DNA of 34,901 bases from Perkinsus chesapeaki ATCC PRA-425 (GCA_013115145.1 JAAPAO010000374.1:1-34901), one strand, 5' to 3'. Shown: positions 21,141 through 32,178, numbered from the stretch's first letter. Notes: generated by a model not told the origin, from the letters alone. A program made the numbers and translations.

Positions 21141-23660
21141 TCAGTGGAGCAGCATAGGACCGACAATACCGTTGGTATCGACCAATCCCTTAACGTGATG
21201 AGCATCCAACACCAGAAGTGTGTAGGCGTCAAGCGCAGCATACCGCTCCTGGCTCTCCGATAGAGGTCTGTCAGCCCACTCGCTGCACCGCTCAGTTTTA
21301 TCAAGGAAGGCCTTCAAGAAATGAGCGACGTGACGCTGAAGGCTGCCACGCTTATCCACCTGGAGATCTATCACATCACACTCTTTAAGCTGTGGTATTC
21401 TTTCCAAGTCAGCCGAGATGCTGAACCCCAATACGCGGGGCACTTGGTGGAGCGCCTCGAAGAGCAGATCAGAGCCTGCTAGGTCTTCGACCAGCATGTC
21501 GATGAGATACACAGTATGAGGTGTTGCTATCTGGAAGAGGGCCGCGCCGGGACCAGAGCTCCATTCGACATCGATACCGATCGTCCGGTATCCTATAATA
21601 TCCCCCACGCAAAGCTCAAGCTGCGGCATAGAACATACCCACATTATGGGAACATCATTCGATAAGGTAACCACGGGCATGTCACCACGGACTATCGGTT
21701 CCAAGTGGGCAGCAGCTCCGTGCTTCCGGTGGGCATGAGAGCTGCTGCTGCCCTTCACTGGATTCCACAACTGAGCTTGCTCGGGATTCTCCTCGGCCGC
21801 TTTGAGATGGGCATCGCTCTCGACATGTTGGCACATTAGCCGCAGTCCTGCTATGAAGGCGTTGTCCTCCTTGCCGGACTTGACGTATCTCTCCACTGCA
21901 CCTTCAACACTGGCCTTACTAGGCTCGATGTCAAAGCATCTACAGAGCTTCTGGATGACCATCGGGGACACTGAGTCGTCATCCAAGCACTTGTTCACAG
22001 TCGTCACGATACTTCTACCCATGGTGCACCGCCAGCCGTACTTTCTAAGTCCCTCGACTGCCTCCAGTACGGCATGGATCTCCTCCTGGCCGAGCTCGTT
22101 CTCCACCAAACAGAGCTTCAAAACCAAGTCGCTGACCGCCTGTGAGCCTTCCTCTCTCATCAGCTCATTCAGCTCGAACAATACGGCTGTTCTGAGCCTC
22201 TGTGACTGTGCACGCCCGAGGCCACGACCGCTCTTTTTCGGCGGGTGTTTGGCAATACAAGCCGATCGCCAAGCTTCTATAGAATCGATCCATTGCTTCG
22301 TGCACTTGTGGTCCACCAAGCCCAGGAGCGGATCCGCTGGTCTCTCCAGCTTCGGCGGGGCCTTGGGCTGGTCACACATCCTCACGTCCTGGAGATCGAT
22401 GCCCTTCACAGCCTCGAATATGGAATCAACTCGCCCACTCTTCCGAAGAATCTCATAGAGGGACTCTTGGAACGCGGCGCAGCTTCTGGTCTCGACATGG
22501 CAGCAGTCCTCCGACTCTGACGGGACGTCCCTTTCGACCACCCATTTGGTCGGCAATATGAATCCTCGACTGGCCTCGACATATCTTCCACCATACTCTT
22601 TATCAGGGACGCATACAGCAACCATGACAGGTCGCTTGGAGCTCGCCTCAGTGAACTCCTGTATTGACTTTATTATGCCTTCCAAGCCGACCAATGGGAC
22701 AGGCTCGATCCCAAGATCTTCATCTCCCATCAATTCAGTGCCATCGTCGGACCCAACACCAGGGGACATCCAATACCGTTTGTGTGTTATCATAGCGAAC
22801 CGCGTTCCAGGGCCGTAGTGGTCCAATATGTCACCCAAAACCTCCTCAGAGTCCTGCTGCACCCACCAGCCCTTAGGGTGGTCCTGGCCTAGTAGCTCGT
22901 ACTTGGAAGCTTTAGCCTTACCGAGATCCCTGAAGACGTCCCAAGCGTAAAACACGCAACCTCTAAGGAGCCACATGTGCTCGACATCTCCACCGCACTT
23001 ATCAACCAGCCATTGCTTAACTGTCGGATGCTCGGCCACAGCCAGCTTCCGCCTGGTCTCGACAATACGCCACGCCAGACTCTCATACAAAAAGGGCCCG
23101 CTGAATCGTGTGGCAAGGATATCAGTCTCCTTAGGCGACATCGTAACACTAAAGTGGATGGATGCCTCCAAATGGAATCGCTCAGGCAAGACGTCATCAT
23201 CAAAGTCAGTCTTGTTGCGGACAACCAAGAACTTCAGACTCGTCAGTTCGCCGTGATTCTCATCGCTGAGAACGCCTTGTCGGACCCACACATTCTTGGC
23301 GTTGATGACCGGGTTCCGCTCTAGTAGGAATTGCAGTAGGCATGTGAAGTAGTGGCCAAGTCTGTGGGAGGTCTTGCTTTCCAGTATGTACTCTCTGAGC
23401 TCCTCAGGATGCTCATCCAGATCGGCAAACCACTCCTGTGATCGACGAACGACAAAGTCAAGCTGTGACGCGCCCCAAGTCGGGACCTGTGTGGTCTTGC
23501 TCGAGCCCTCAGAAAGCAAGTGATGTGAGCTGCAGACCCAGTGTAGATCTCTGACCAGTTTGTGACGATACGACGTGATGGGCTGTATAGGATGATGACG
23601 CTCACTGCTGGTTGAGGAGGTGACGGTTTCTATAGAGGACTCAAAGGAGCTTTCAGACAT
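21141..23660 (-). CDS. Intronless fusion: N-terminal DUF1853-like domain + C-terminal DEDDy 3'-5' exonuclease (WRN/EXD/Mut-7-like)
   Basis: DUF1853-like motifs in order: LVRDLHWV, RLGHYF, GEL, HLE, GPFLYESL, LRGCVFY, KGWW, WMSP, RGFILP.W. Exonuclease motifs: ExoI IGIDVEW, ExoII GFSISADL, ExoIII WADRPLSESQERYAALDA. Likely ATG at 23660; the ORF track starts at an upstream GTG. Confidence 0.8.
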   Translation of the reverse strand: MSESSFESSIETVTSSTSSERHHPIQPITSYRHKLVRDLHWVCSSHHLLSEGSSKTTQVPTWGASQLDFVVRRSQEWFADLDEHPEELREYILESKTSHRLGHYFTCLLQFLLERNPVINAKNVWVRQGVLSDENHGELTSLKFLVVRNKTDFDDDVLPERFHLEASIHFSVTMSPKETDILATRFSGPFLYESLAWRIVETRRKLAVAEHPTVKQWLVDKCGGDVEHMWLLRGCVFYAWDVFRDLGKAKASKYELLGQDHPKGWWVQQDSEEVLGDILDHYGPGTRFAMITHKRYWMSPGVGSDDGTELMGDEDLGIEPVPLVGLEGIIKSIQEFTEASSKRPVMVAVCVPDKEYGGRYVEASRGFILPTKWVVERDVPSESEDCCHVETRSCAAFQESLYEILRKSGRVDSIFEAVKGIDLQDVRMCDQPKAPPKLERPADPLLGLVDHKCTKQWIDSIEAWRSACIAKHPPKKSGRGLGRAQSQRLRTAVLFELNELMREEGSQAVSDLVLKLCLVENELGQEEIHAVLEAVEGLRKYGWRCTMGRSIVTTVNKCLDDDSVSPMVIQKLCRCFDIEPSKASVEGAVERYVKSGKEDNAFIAGLRLMCQHVESDAHLKAAEENPEQAQLWNPVKGSSSSHAHRKHGAAAHLEPIVRGDMPVVTLSNDVPIMWVCSMPQLELCVGDIIGYRTIGIDVEWSSGPGAALFQIATPHTVYLIDMLVEDLAGSDLLFEALHQVPRVLGFSISADLERIPQLKECDVIDLQVDKRGSLQRHVAHFLKAFLDKTERCSEWADRPLSESQERYAALDAYTLLVLDAHHVKGLVDTNGIVGPMLLH

Positions 23661-23826
23661 TCTAGGACAAACGACAGCAAGGGGAAGGCGACCTGCCGAA
23701 CATGCTTGGATGGACAGACACAACGACAACACCAAGCGCACTGAGGGTTCCTTTGCCGAGGAGCTTCAAGACGAAACAAAACGGTTAGTGTGAGAAACGG
23801 TCTTTATAATTAGAAACATTGTTTCA

Positions 23827-26800
23827 TCATCGCCTTCTTCGATTGGGGCGTGTACGATCAGTTATCTCAATTCTATCTCTTGGAACACCAACAGCTTCCA
23901 CTAGGAACTGCCTCACTGACTGAGCCACATTCCCTTGGACCTGACCAGCTCCACAGTAGAACCCCCTAGCATAGAGCATCTTACCATCACAGTGTTGGGG
24001 CCCAAAACGGGATCGTCCCGTACAGTAGCGCTCGATGCATTGTGCTTGGCCAACGCCTTTGCGAACTCCGACAGCTTCAGATGATACTTATCGACACCGG
24101 CAATTAGGGTTTGGGTCTAACGAAGCCTCCTCAAGCCTTGGATTGCACCACAACGACTTGCCTTATTCCCGGACACTTTGTCGGTGACTCTGATAGAGAT
24201 CATTGGTGGAGGACCATACTTCAGCAAACCAATAATGTCATCCGAGGAGGAAAGCTCACCACCTGAACAGGCAAGAGTTCGCCGGGCTTCCTAGCAGCTT
24301 AACTTTGCCATACTTCCAGAAGGTACTATAGCAGTGTAAAGCTCAAGGCCTCGAGACTCGAAGGCTTTGCCTATATCAGACTTGGCTACCGAATCACCAA
24401 CTTGAACCCTGAAAATATGCAGTATACGAGCTACGCTGAGATGGACTCAGGTTACTTCTTCCCGCCCTTGCTCAGCGCGCTTGCTAGACGATCGTCTACA
24501 CAGACGTCCTTGCGGGTGGCCGAGGAACTGCTGGTAGCTTCCTCGGTAGAACCCTCTAAGGCTTTTATGTATCTATTCAAAACAACATGCGTTAGGCCTC
24601 CTGTTTAATGATTCTGGACTCGGCAAATGCCTTCCTACTTGTGGAAGAGATGTCGACATTCCTTGCCGGTGAGGAAATCATGCTTGCCAAGAGTTGACCC
24701 CAACGATGCCTAATCAAATATCAGTAGCCCCCACCATAGAGACCTACTTCTATAACAGACTTCCACACTTGATGAGGTTTATACATTTCTATAATATTCA
24801 CCTTAAGTTCAGAGTCTATGTTGGCCTTCAGCCCTGAAAGATACCACTCCAAAGCCCTCATATCGGTCCACTTACCATCAACACTAGTGCTTGAAGCTCG
24901 TGTCTTGGGTCTAGGCGCGGACTTACTGCCCTTGGCTGTAATAGCGTGGGCTTGCAGCTCTCCCTTACCTTGACTGACACTAGTAATAATAACATCACCT
25001 GAATGAGCATGAGTAACGTTTCACTCTCTATGCCATTCTATCATACTCTGATAACTCCCATTATCCTCTACGGGTATGGTGAGCGAGTGAGCCCAATTAC
25101 CCTGCATAACTCTTAGCGTTGGACTGTGTGTATGTGATAGCCTTTGTGTTCGTGAGACTCTCGCCTCGACGGAATCATACGAAATTTCATCTCGCAGGCC
25201 GGGAGAGGATAATTTGATATTTACATATGCTAATATTCAAACACTAGTTGAAATTTGATATTTTTGCAATCCTGCAGGCCCCAGCAGTAAAGGGCGTTAG
25301 GCACGCATGGTGCCTCGGTGAGAGCAACAAGGCAGCTGACAGAGGCAATTCCTTCCTCGCATACCTCTCTTTTCCTTCATCTTCAGTATCCCCTCCTTCT
25401 CCAGTTCCTTCAATAGCTTAGTCACCTTACGCCAGCTAGTCTTTCTAATGTCAACTCGTATTTGCCGCTCATCCCTAATTTCCGGACCGAGCTCGTCCAG
25501 CCTACCACCACCATCGTTCACCGACTCCATCAATCTAACTGTTTACCTCGAAATCAGCTCCGTTCGTTTACACATGGTGCTGCTCTCCTTCTGAGCATTA
25601 GAGTACAACACAGCAGCTTGGATGGGCAACGCTGACTTGTCGATCTTAGCCAGAACCTCAATCACAGCGTATCTTTCAAGTAGAATTACAGTTGAGGCAT
25701 AAACACTTCTTGAAGGCTTACCTGACAAGCTCGTCATATTGTGCCTGAGTCATTTCCTCGCTCTCTTGTGTGACAGCATCTTCGGGCTCTTCACTGACTG
25801 CTGTTTCACTCGTCTGTGGCGGAAGACTGACCAAGCCAGCATCAGTCACCCTTCTTACTTGGGCGTTCTCCTGGCTTGGAGCCTCAGCGCTTTGAAAGGC
25901 ATCTCCAGCAGGTTCCTCTGCTTCCTGTTGCATGTCCTCTGCTGGTGGCAGCAGTGGTCCCTGTGGGCCCATGTGGAAGATTTGGTCCCCGACATTGTGA
26001 ACTATCTAAAAGCAACCAGAACTGTGATATTAACCACAGATCTAAGCTCTTACCTCAACTGCCTTACCAGACACACCAGTCGCTGAGCTCTCAGCCAAGG
26101 CGAGTTGACTGCTGCTCAACAATGAACGCCCTACATAGCATAAGTCTACTGATGGAGGGAAATGTGGTAGTATTACCAATAGCGACAAAAGGGCCACCAT
26201 TATCTACTCGAATCACACACACTGCTCCTGCTTGGAAGGATGGTGGTCCCTCGACTCTATTCTGAGATGGATACAGACATGTGACGCGAGAACAGAGGAA
26301 GATCGTATGCCCGCAAAGGAGGAGTAAATCTCAAGGGCAGAGATTGGGCCAGTTCAACGAAGCAAATATCTAAATCATTTATGAGAATTGACTTTGAATT
26401 CGTTCTGCTTGAGTTTACGGGTTGACTGGAGCAACTTAGTTTGTCGCTCCAGTAAACTGAGTGGAATAAGAAGGATTTCATGAAATTCATAGGATGGAGT
26501 CCATAATTAATAATTTCATAGACTGACCAGAGATAGACTGACCACGATATATAATTTATCGTCTACTTATCTCTACGCTCAACCTAGGCTGCTCTTCCTC
26601 GGTGTTACACTGGCAACGAGACGCTGACTGGGAGGTATGAGAGTACGAAGGATCTAGCTGTTCTCTGAAATGCAATCAGACACCTGGAGAGGCTGAGAAT
26701 ATGATGGGCCAGGTGAAACGTGAGTGGCAAATAGAGGATCTATTATGCTGAAAAGCACCAGGATGAAAGGATAGCAGGTATGGCGGGCAGTGGGAGGATG

Positions 26801-29800
26801 ATAGAGCTATTGAAGGGAAAGAGCGATGGGGAAAGGAGCAGGGGTGTAGAGCAGCAGAATCATTTTGAGCCAACTTGCAGTATAGCTGTAATAGTTGTTG
26901 ATGCCGGCGGTGTCAATACGTAGACGTGGACAGTCCTGAACTCTCTGCACTCGACTGGAAGTGAGAACATGCGTACTGATTCCAGAACTCCTTGGCTGGT
27001 AACAGGTGGTAACAAATTGGATATGACATAGCCAAGGCTGCCATTAGTTCCTTTCACCCTGAGGAGGGTCACTTCCACATTCCCGGGCGGCACACTATGA
27101 GACTGGGTGCAACAATTGGCCAAGCTGACAGTTTGACAAAGACTGCGAGGTGGGAACTGTGCGGTGAGGTGCCCCTCCGTGAGCAATTCATGCTGCTCAA
27201 ACTAGGTAGACATAACAAGGCTGGTTAGCACAGCTCTAGTAATTGGACGTATGCCCATGTGTTTTCACCTGCGATGTACTGGTTTAGTACTGCCCGACTC
27301 CCTGAGCAACCGAACACTATTTTGTTGACTGCTAATGACAATAATAATGTCAATGAGACGGCTTCTATTCACGGTGAACATAATATCACCCAGCTATCAT
27401 ATGCTATTTGCACAGATATGCTCGAAATGGAGATTATCAAATCACAAGTGCTAGCTTAGTCAGCTGAGCTGACGCACGGAAACCTAATGAACAACGTATG
27501 GGGCAAATGCAACTGTTCTTTCCCCGCTATCCTTCCTCATGAACGAAGCAAAATAAGTTGTGAAAAAAGGTACACCAAGTACAATTTCGGGGGAGTTACC
27601 ATGTTGTAGAAGAAGAGCACACCAAGTACCGTCACAATCTTCCGTGTAGTGACTAGGCGGGATGAGTATCGTTGTACTAGCCCTGGGACTAGCGATATCG
27701 AATGCCAGCTTAGGGAGGTAGTCATACCCTTTCTGCTCGATGTACCATGTACCGTCTGACAGTTTAACATGGACGTCTTGGTGTGCAGCTTGCTCGACGA
27801 TCTGTGTCATCTTGTTCAGCACGAACTCGAAGAAGTTGCTGGGCAAAAATATGGAATAGGATCCGGTATCATAGAGAGCTATACCATTGGGTACTTTCTG
27901 CATAAAAGGTTGGCCCCTAGAGCTCACCAAACCGACATAGGAGAGTACTGTATTGAAGTGATACGTGGATGGTTTCATCGGAATCACTGTTTTCGGTGAT
28001 TCGGTCGCACACTGTTCTGCCTTAAAAGCACCAAGTATAACTTTACCAGTAAAGGTTTTAGAAAGGCTGGGGGCACATATCGATACCGTAAACTCGCGGA
28101 TGATCTTCCTCAGGTGCAACTGCATCAGAATGTTCTCACCAGATGCACCATCACGGTAACCAATCCCAAAGTAATTCATAGGCTTCTCGGTTGGAAATTC
28201 GGGGTTTGGGGACCATCCTATAATAAGTCGGAATTCCATATCGAGCTTATGACCGGCTAGTTTAACGACACCTCGATGAACCACGGTCGTAATTGCACTG
28301 CTATCATCGAACTTAACCACGAACCTCTCCTCGCTGTAAGGGTTACATCCTCCCACACAAGCATAACAAATGCTTGGGGGACACTCGCCATAAGTCACCT
28401 CATACCAGTCTTTATAGATAACATAGGTTCCAGTGGAGCCAGAATCCATGTATAAGTCTAATGGCTGACCATCAAAGGCTACCCCAACCACTGTGTTATC
28501 CTTAAAAGGCAGCGATATTTGGCTGCGTATCAGGCTCAGCATCTCGCTCAACACTACGATAACTGCGACGAGAATCATCGAGATCCGGTGTAGTCGTGCG
28601 AGCCGAAGATCGGGAAAGGGCGGAAACGCGACAGCACATGCGCGACGGTCGAGGCGTGACGCTTCGGTCACATCCGGATACAGTCTGGGAAAGTCTGTCC
28701 CGATATTTTCGCTTTCAAAGTGCACCAACAGTGAAATTCTATCGAGTGGAAATCGGATATTTAGCAGACCATAAATCCTCTAGTTGTTTACACTGACGCA
28801 AAGCTGCCCCATTACATAAGAAACATCAAGTGCTGTGCAGTAGAATTGAGAATAGCATGGTTGATTGTGTCACCTAGGGCGAGCGAAGTGTCTCAGACGC
28901 TAAGGGCAGGCACCGATGGAGGTTCTCCACTGGAGGGAATGGTAATGAAATTAGTAATCTCAGATGGGTGTATAACGATTGGTACACATGAATTACGTAC
29001 ACATGAACCTCGCACACGGAATTTTTGACCTTTAGCTGGTAGATCAAATTCCGGTACACTCAAATCTCTGTCGACGAAGTGTGATACACCAAAAATAGGT
29101 TCAGGGTCAAGTAGTACACAAAAATCTCGATCATATGAGTGTACGTACACCGTGTACGGTACACGAAGATTTGGTTCAGTTCGATTTTGTACTCCTCGAA
29201 CTCGTACACCCGAGGGCTCGTACGCTTGCGTGAATTTTTTTAGTAGGTAAAGAGATCACTAGCTTGTTAATCTAGAGACCTAGCGGTCAATTCCCAGAGG
29301 CGACATAACTGGCAAACTTTGTCTGTCTGACGGAGCGATTAGCACTTTTTGGGGGATCAATATTGAGTCAATGCGGGCTCTGACTAGGGGTGAACGCGCT
29401 GACTGTGTACGTGTTTTAAGCGATCGAGTTGATTGTGAACGTGATTTATGCAGATCAAATACTAAGTGTACGTGTTTTATGTGCACCAATCGTTAACATC
29501 CCTCTCAGATTACGTCAGAGTGCCATATCTTTGATTACATGTGCGCAACCCACGGCCTGGGGGCCACGCTCTGATTTCATCAATGCCCGCGGAACTTCAG
29601 CTGATAAGTGATCATATCTGATATTATCTGTATTACCCTTCAGCTGCTGAAGGGATATATCACAGCGATATTATCACTTATCAACCAATGGCTGAAAGGT
29701 GACGTGAAAGGACAATCGGGTGGCGGCCGAAGACTTCACCCGAAGTAGACAACGCCTCATGGAACACGGCAGTTGAGATGTTGGTTGGTGATGGGGCCGC

Positions 29801-31980
29801 GATAACTACGGTGGCCATGGTAAGGAGTGCCGTGCGGAATGTAGACTGGGCCAAGCTCTGAACCAGAATGTGTCGGCCGGCCCGGAGAAGGCTCCAAACG
29901 AGAACGGAGAGAGGAGGGTGGTTCTGTATTACAGAATCTGTAAGGGAACCAGCTTCGAAGGAGGCTGAGACTTAAAGGCTCGCATGTCCTCGTTTGCGAA
30001 CGCGTAAGATGACAGTATCCTCACTCTGATGCCGCTCGTTGATATGGTAATTTTATATCATGCTTCAGGGCAGTTGTTTATAGGGCGGTTGATTCCATGG
30101 AGCTTCCCACTCGTGAACAGATATCGCGCCTCCGATTCGGGCCGAATCATTCGGCGGCGAACACCTGGATTCAGGTGGGCCGTATAATACGGCCCGTATT
30201 CCTCATGCTGACTTGGCCATCTTCCAACCTCATCAGAGGCGGCAGCTGCGTGGATAATCAGGCTGAGATGGAGCGCTGAGGCTGAGCAGAGCATGGTGCC
30301 ACCGTGCTCCACCACGATGGTGGAGAGTTTAGCTTGGATTCACAGAGATAACTGGGCTGAGGTCTACCTCGCTGATGACACCACAAAGCTGTGTATTTGT
30401 GACGTTATAGGCCTGAACGCCCTCGGGCTTCATGCGAACAAGTGCAGCATGCGACAATAATTATTGGACGGCGAACGTCCACGTGGTGGTGGCTCGCATC
30501 ATATTGGAGAGAGACAAGAGCAAGAAGGTGTTGGAGGAGCAAGTATGGCTTTGGAAGAGGAAAGGGCGACGCCGTGTTACTGATATTCGGGACGATTGCT
30601 CCAGGAGCGAATATGTTATGCTCATCACGGTGGGCCCTCTACACTGTGTCCTACTGTGTACACTCTATCACACTGTGTCCTAACAAGCGCAGAAACGTAT
30701 TGCCTTAGGTGGCGCAGAGTTCATGAATCGTCGCGAGGGAATCGGGACTGCGGGCAGGATGCCGCAACTAAGGAGAAAAACGGCCGCCGGCTTGCCGTAA
30801 GCGTGAGGGAGACAGTTGAGGAGTGAGTTGGCGAGGGGCGCGGCGATGCCGGATCAAGGAGGTTGCGGCTTAGCCACAGTGGCTATTACGGCACTTTACA
30901 GTTCGACGAATGATGTTGGAATGAGCAAACGGCGCGGACAGCTGCGTCATGGTAGCGGACTGTCATTTGACAAGGCAATAACGAGAATGAAAAGTTCATT
31001 CTTAGTAGGTTACTGTTCGGCTTGCGTATCATGTAACTAGCACTGACAACCACGCACCCCAACTGAACGACTAAAGATGTATTAGGGTGTATTAGACGAC
31101 TGAAGCTACGCGATCTAATCAAGTATAATGTAGACAGCACGTCATCGACTGTAGCGAGATTGACACGCATCTTAGTTGCCAATAGGAACTTGCCATGTTC
31201 GCAGTCGACTGCGAGTCGAGTACTGGGCCTCGGCAGCGGGGCCTGAATTGTTTGACGGCAGATTCCTGCTGTCTTAATATAGTTCCCATGACATACTCTG
31301 GGCAGCCATGCGAGAACGTAGAATTTAGCGGATCATCAATCAAAGAGTATATTGCGATTCGAGAACATGCTATAGCGTTCGTGGCCACTCTCTCCAGCTA
31401 AAATGAGCCTCGCACCCCCATGGTCTATTACCACTCCTGGAAGCATTAGATCCGCTCCTCTCGCCAGAAACGGCACCACCGGCTCAGATATCTACAGCAA
31501 TAGCACTTCCCTTAATTTTCTACTCCCTTTTTCACTACCATGAATCTTAGGCTCGACAACCCTAGCGTCCTATTAAGCCCAAAAATGGTAGGATAAAGGC
31601 AGCTCGAGCCATGCAACTTGAACAGCACTGGTACATTCCCATCTACTATGTAAATAACCGTCCTAGTCTCCAAGTGCAGCTCAGACACAGGCCCAGTGCC
31701 CAACAACTGTGATGTCGATGCCTCTGGATATTGGCGCTCCACCTCCGTTACGAGCTGACATGGCGAATATCCATTAATAAGCGTTCAAATATGTTAATGG
31801 AAAGATCGATATAACAATAAGATAGCCCAAGGTAGTAGGTTAGATGCCATAATAATCATTGGCGCGTCGTAGCATTGCAAGATATCGGTCAAGAGTCGAT
31901 GTATTCCAGCCATGTACCTTTTTTCTATCCTTTCCTCCAAGTCTTGTCTCTCTTGTATGCCCTAAAGGCTTGCGGAACAT
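23827..31980 (-). CDS. EIF2D: Translation factor eIF2D (ligatin; MCT1-like/PUA, SWIB, SUI1), multi-exon with one 5,170-bp intron
   Basis: Exon 1 (31918-31980) MFRKPLGHTRETRLGGKDRKK. Exon 2 includes VIYIVDGNVPVLF...LYPTIF. Exon 3 (31432-31491) ISEPVVPFLARGADLMLPGV. Exon 4 from 26261 NRVEGPPSFQAGAVCVIRVDNGGPFVAIG. Then GKAVEIVHNVGDQI, VDIRKTSWRKVTKLLKELEKEG and SUI1 TLIAGVDKY...VQGNVAQSVRQFL. Stop at 23827. Confidence 0.85.
27484..28578 (-). CDS. Intronless secreted pepsin-family (A1) aspartic protease, nested in the eIF2D intron
   Basis: Signal-like MILVAVIVVLSEML from ATG 28578. Catalytic motifs LYMDSGST and ALYDTGSY, and the C-terminal IVLGVPFF..YFASF signature. Confidence 0.88.
   Translation of the reverse strand: MILVAVIVVLSEMLSLIRSQISLPFKDNTVVGVAFDGQPLDLYMDSGSTGTYVIYKDWYEVTYGECPPSICYACVGGCNPYSEERFVVKFDDSSAITTVVHRGVVKLAGHKLDMEFRLIIGWSPNPEFPTEKPMNYFGIGYRDGASGENILMQLHLRKIIREFTVSICAPSLSKTFTGKVILGAFKAEQCATESPKTVIPMKPSTYHFNTVLSYVGLVSSRGQPFMQKVPNGIALYDTGSYSIFLPSNFFEFVLNKMTQIVEQAAHQDVHVKLSDGTWYIEQKGYDYLPKLAFDIASPRASTTILIPPSHYTEDCDGTWCALLLQHGNSPEIVLGVPFFTTYFASFMRKDSGERTVAFAPYVVH
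28982..29471. promoter_or_regulatory. Cluster of 11 GTACAC/GTGTAC hexamers upstream of the aspartic protease
   Basis: Copies at 28982, 28997, 29054, 29114, 29139, 29145, 29152, 29159, 29204, 29405 and 29466. The regulatory role is inferred. Confidence 0.45.
29602..29683. repeat. Nested imperfect inverted repeat
   Basis: Outer arms TGATAAGTGAT (29602-29612) / ATCACTTATCA (29673-29683); inner arms CCCTTCAG (29636-29643) / CTGAAGGG (29647-29654). Confidence 0.75.
30097..30750 (+). mobile_element. Possible highly decayed non-LTR retrotransposon reverse-transcriptase remnant
   Basis: Across frameshifts and in the correct order: IQVGRIIRPVFL (cf. PQGSxLxPxLF), VYLADD (cf. YADD), LGLHANKC (cf. GLxxNxxK), NYWTANV (cf. 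LxWxxHI) and KYGF (cf. WG). The similarity is weak and judged by eye. Confidence 0.3.
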
Positions 31981-32178
31981 ATTACAAACTACTACACTTG
32001 TTTGTTCTTCCACCACTACTACTGTACAACGCAAACTTAACAGCAGCTTAACAAAACTATCACTTAAAACAGTCATCGTACTTAATAATAATCAAAGAAA
32101 AGACATACATGTCAACATAGTCCGAAAACACCTCGGTTGTCTCCGAAAAATCAAAGGGCACTGAGTTAGCCGCCATCG

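Noticed and set aside
21802-22458. 218-aa plus-strand ORF
   Set aside because: Antisense shadow of the DUF1853-exonuclease gene.
26865-26873. TTGGCTCAA (minus) resembling the 3' end of the dinoflagellate/Perkinsus spliced leader
   Set aside because: Only 9 nt match, the terminal G and the 5' CCGTAGCCAT are absent, and it is not upstream of a gene start.
26860-27258. Minus-strand frame MGIRPITRAVLTSLVMST*...108-aa ORF inside the eIF2D intron
   Set aside because: It has an in-frame TAG, no recognisable domain, and only a superficial resemblance to eIF2D; the real N-terminal exons are at 31432-31980. At best an unassignable gene fragment.
26287-31367. 8-bp direct repeat CGAGAACA (26287-26294 and 31360-31367) as a possible TSD of the intron insert
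   Set aside because: An 8-mer match between two ~100-bp search windows is expected by chance about 15% of the time, and no TIRs adjoin it.
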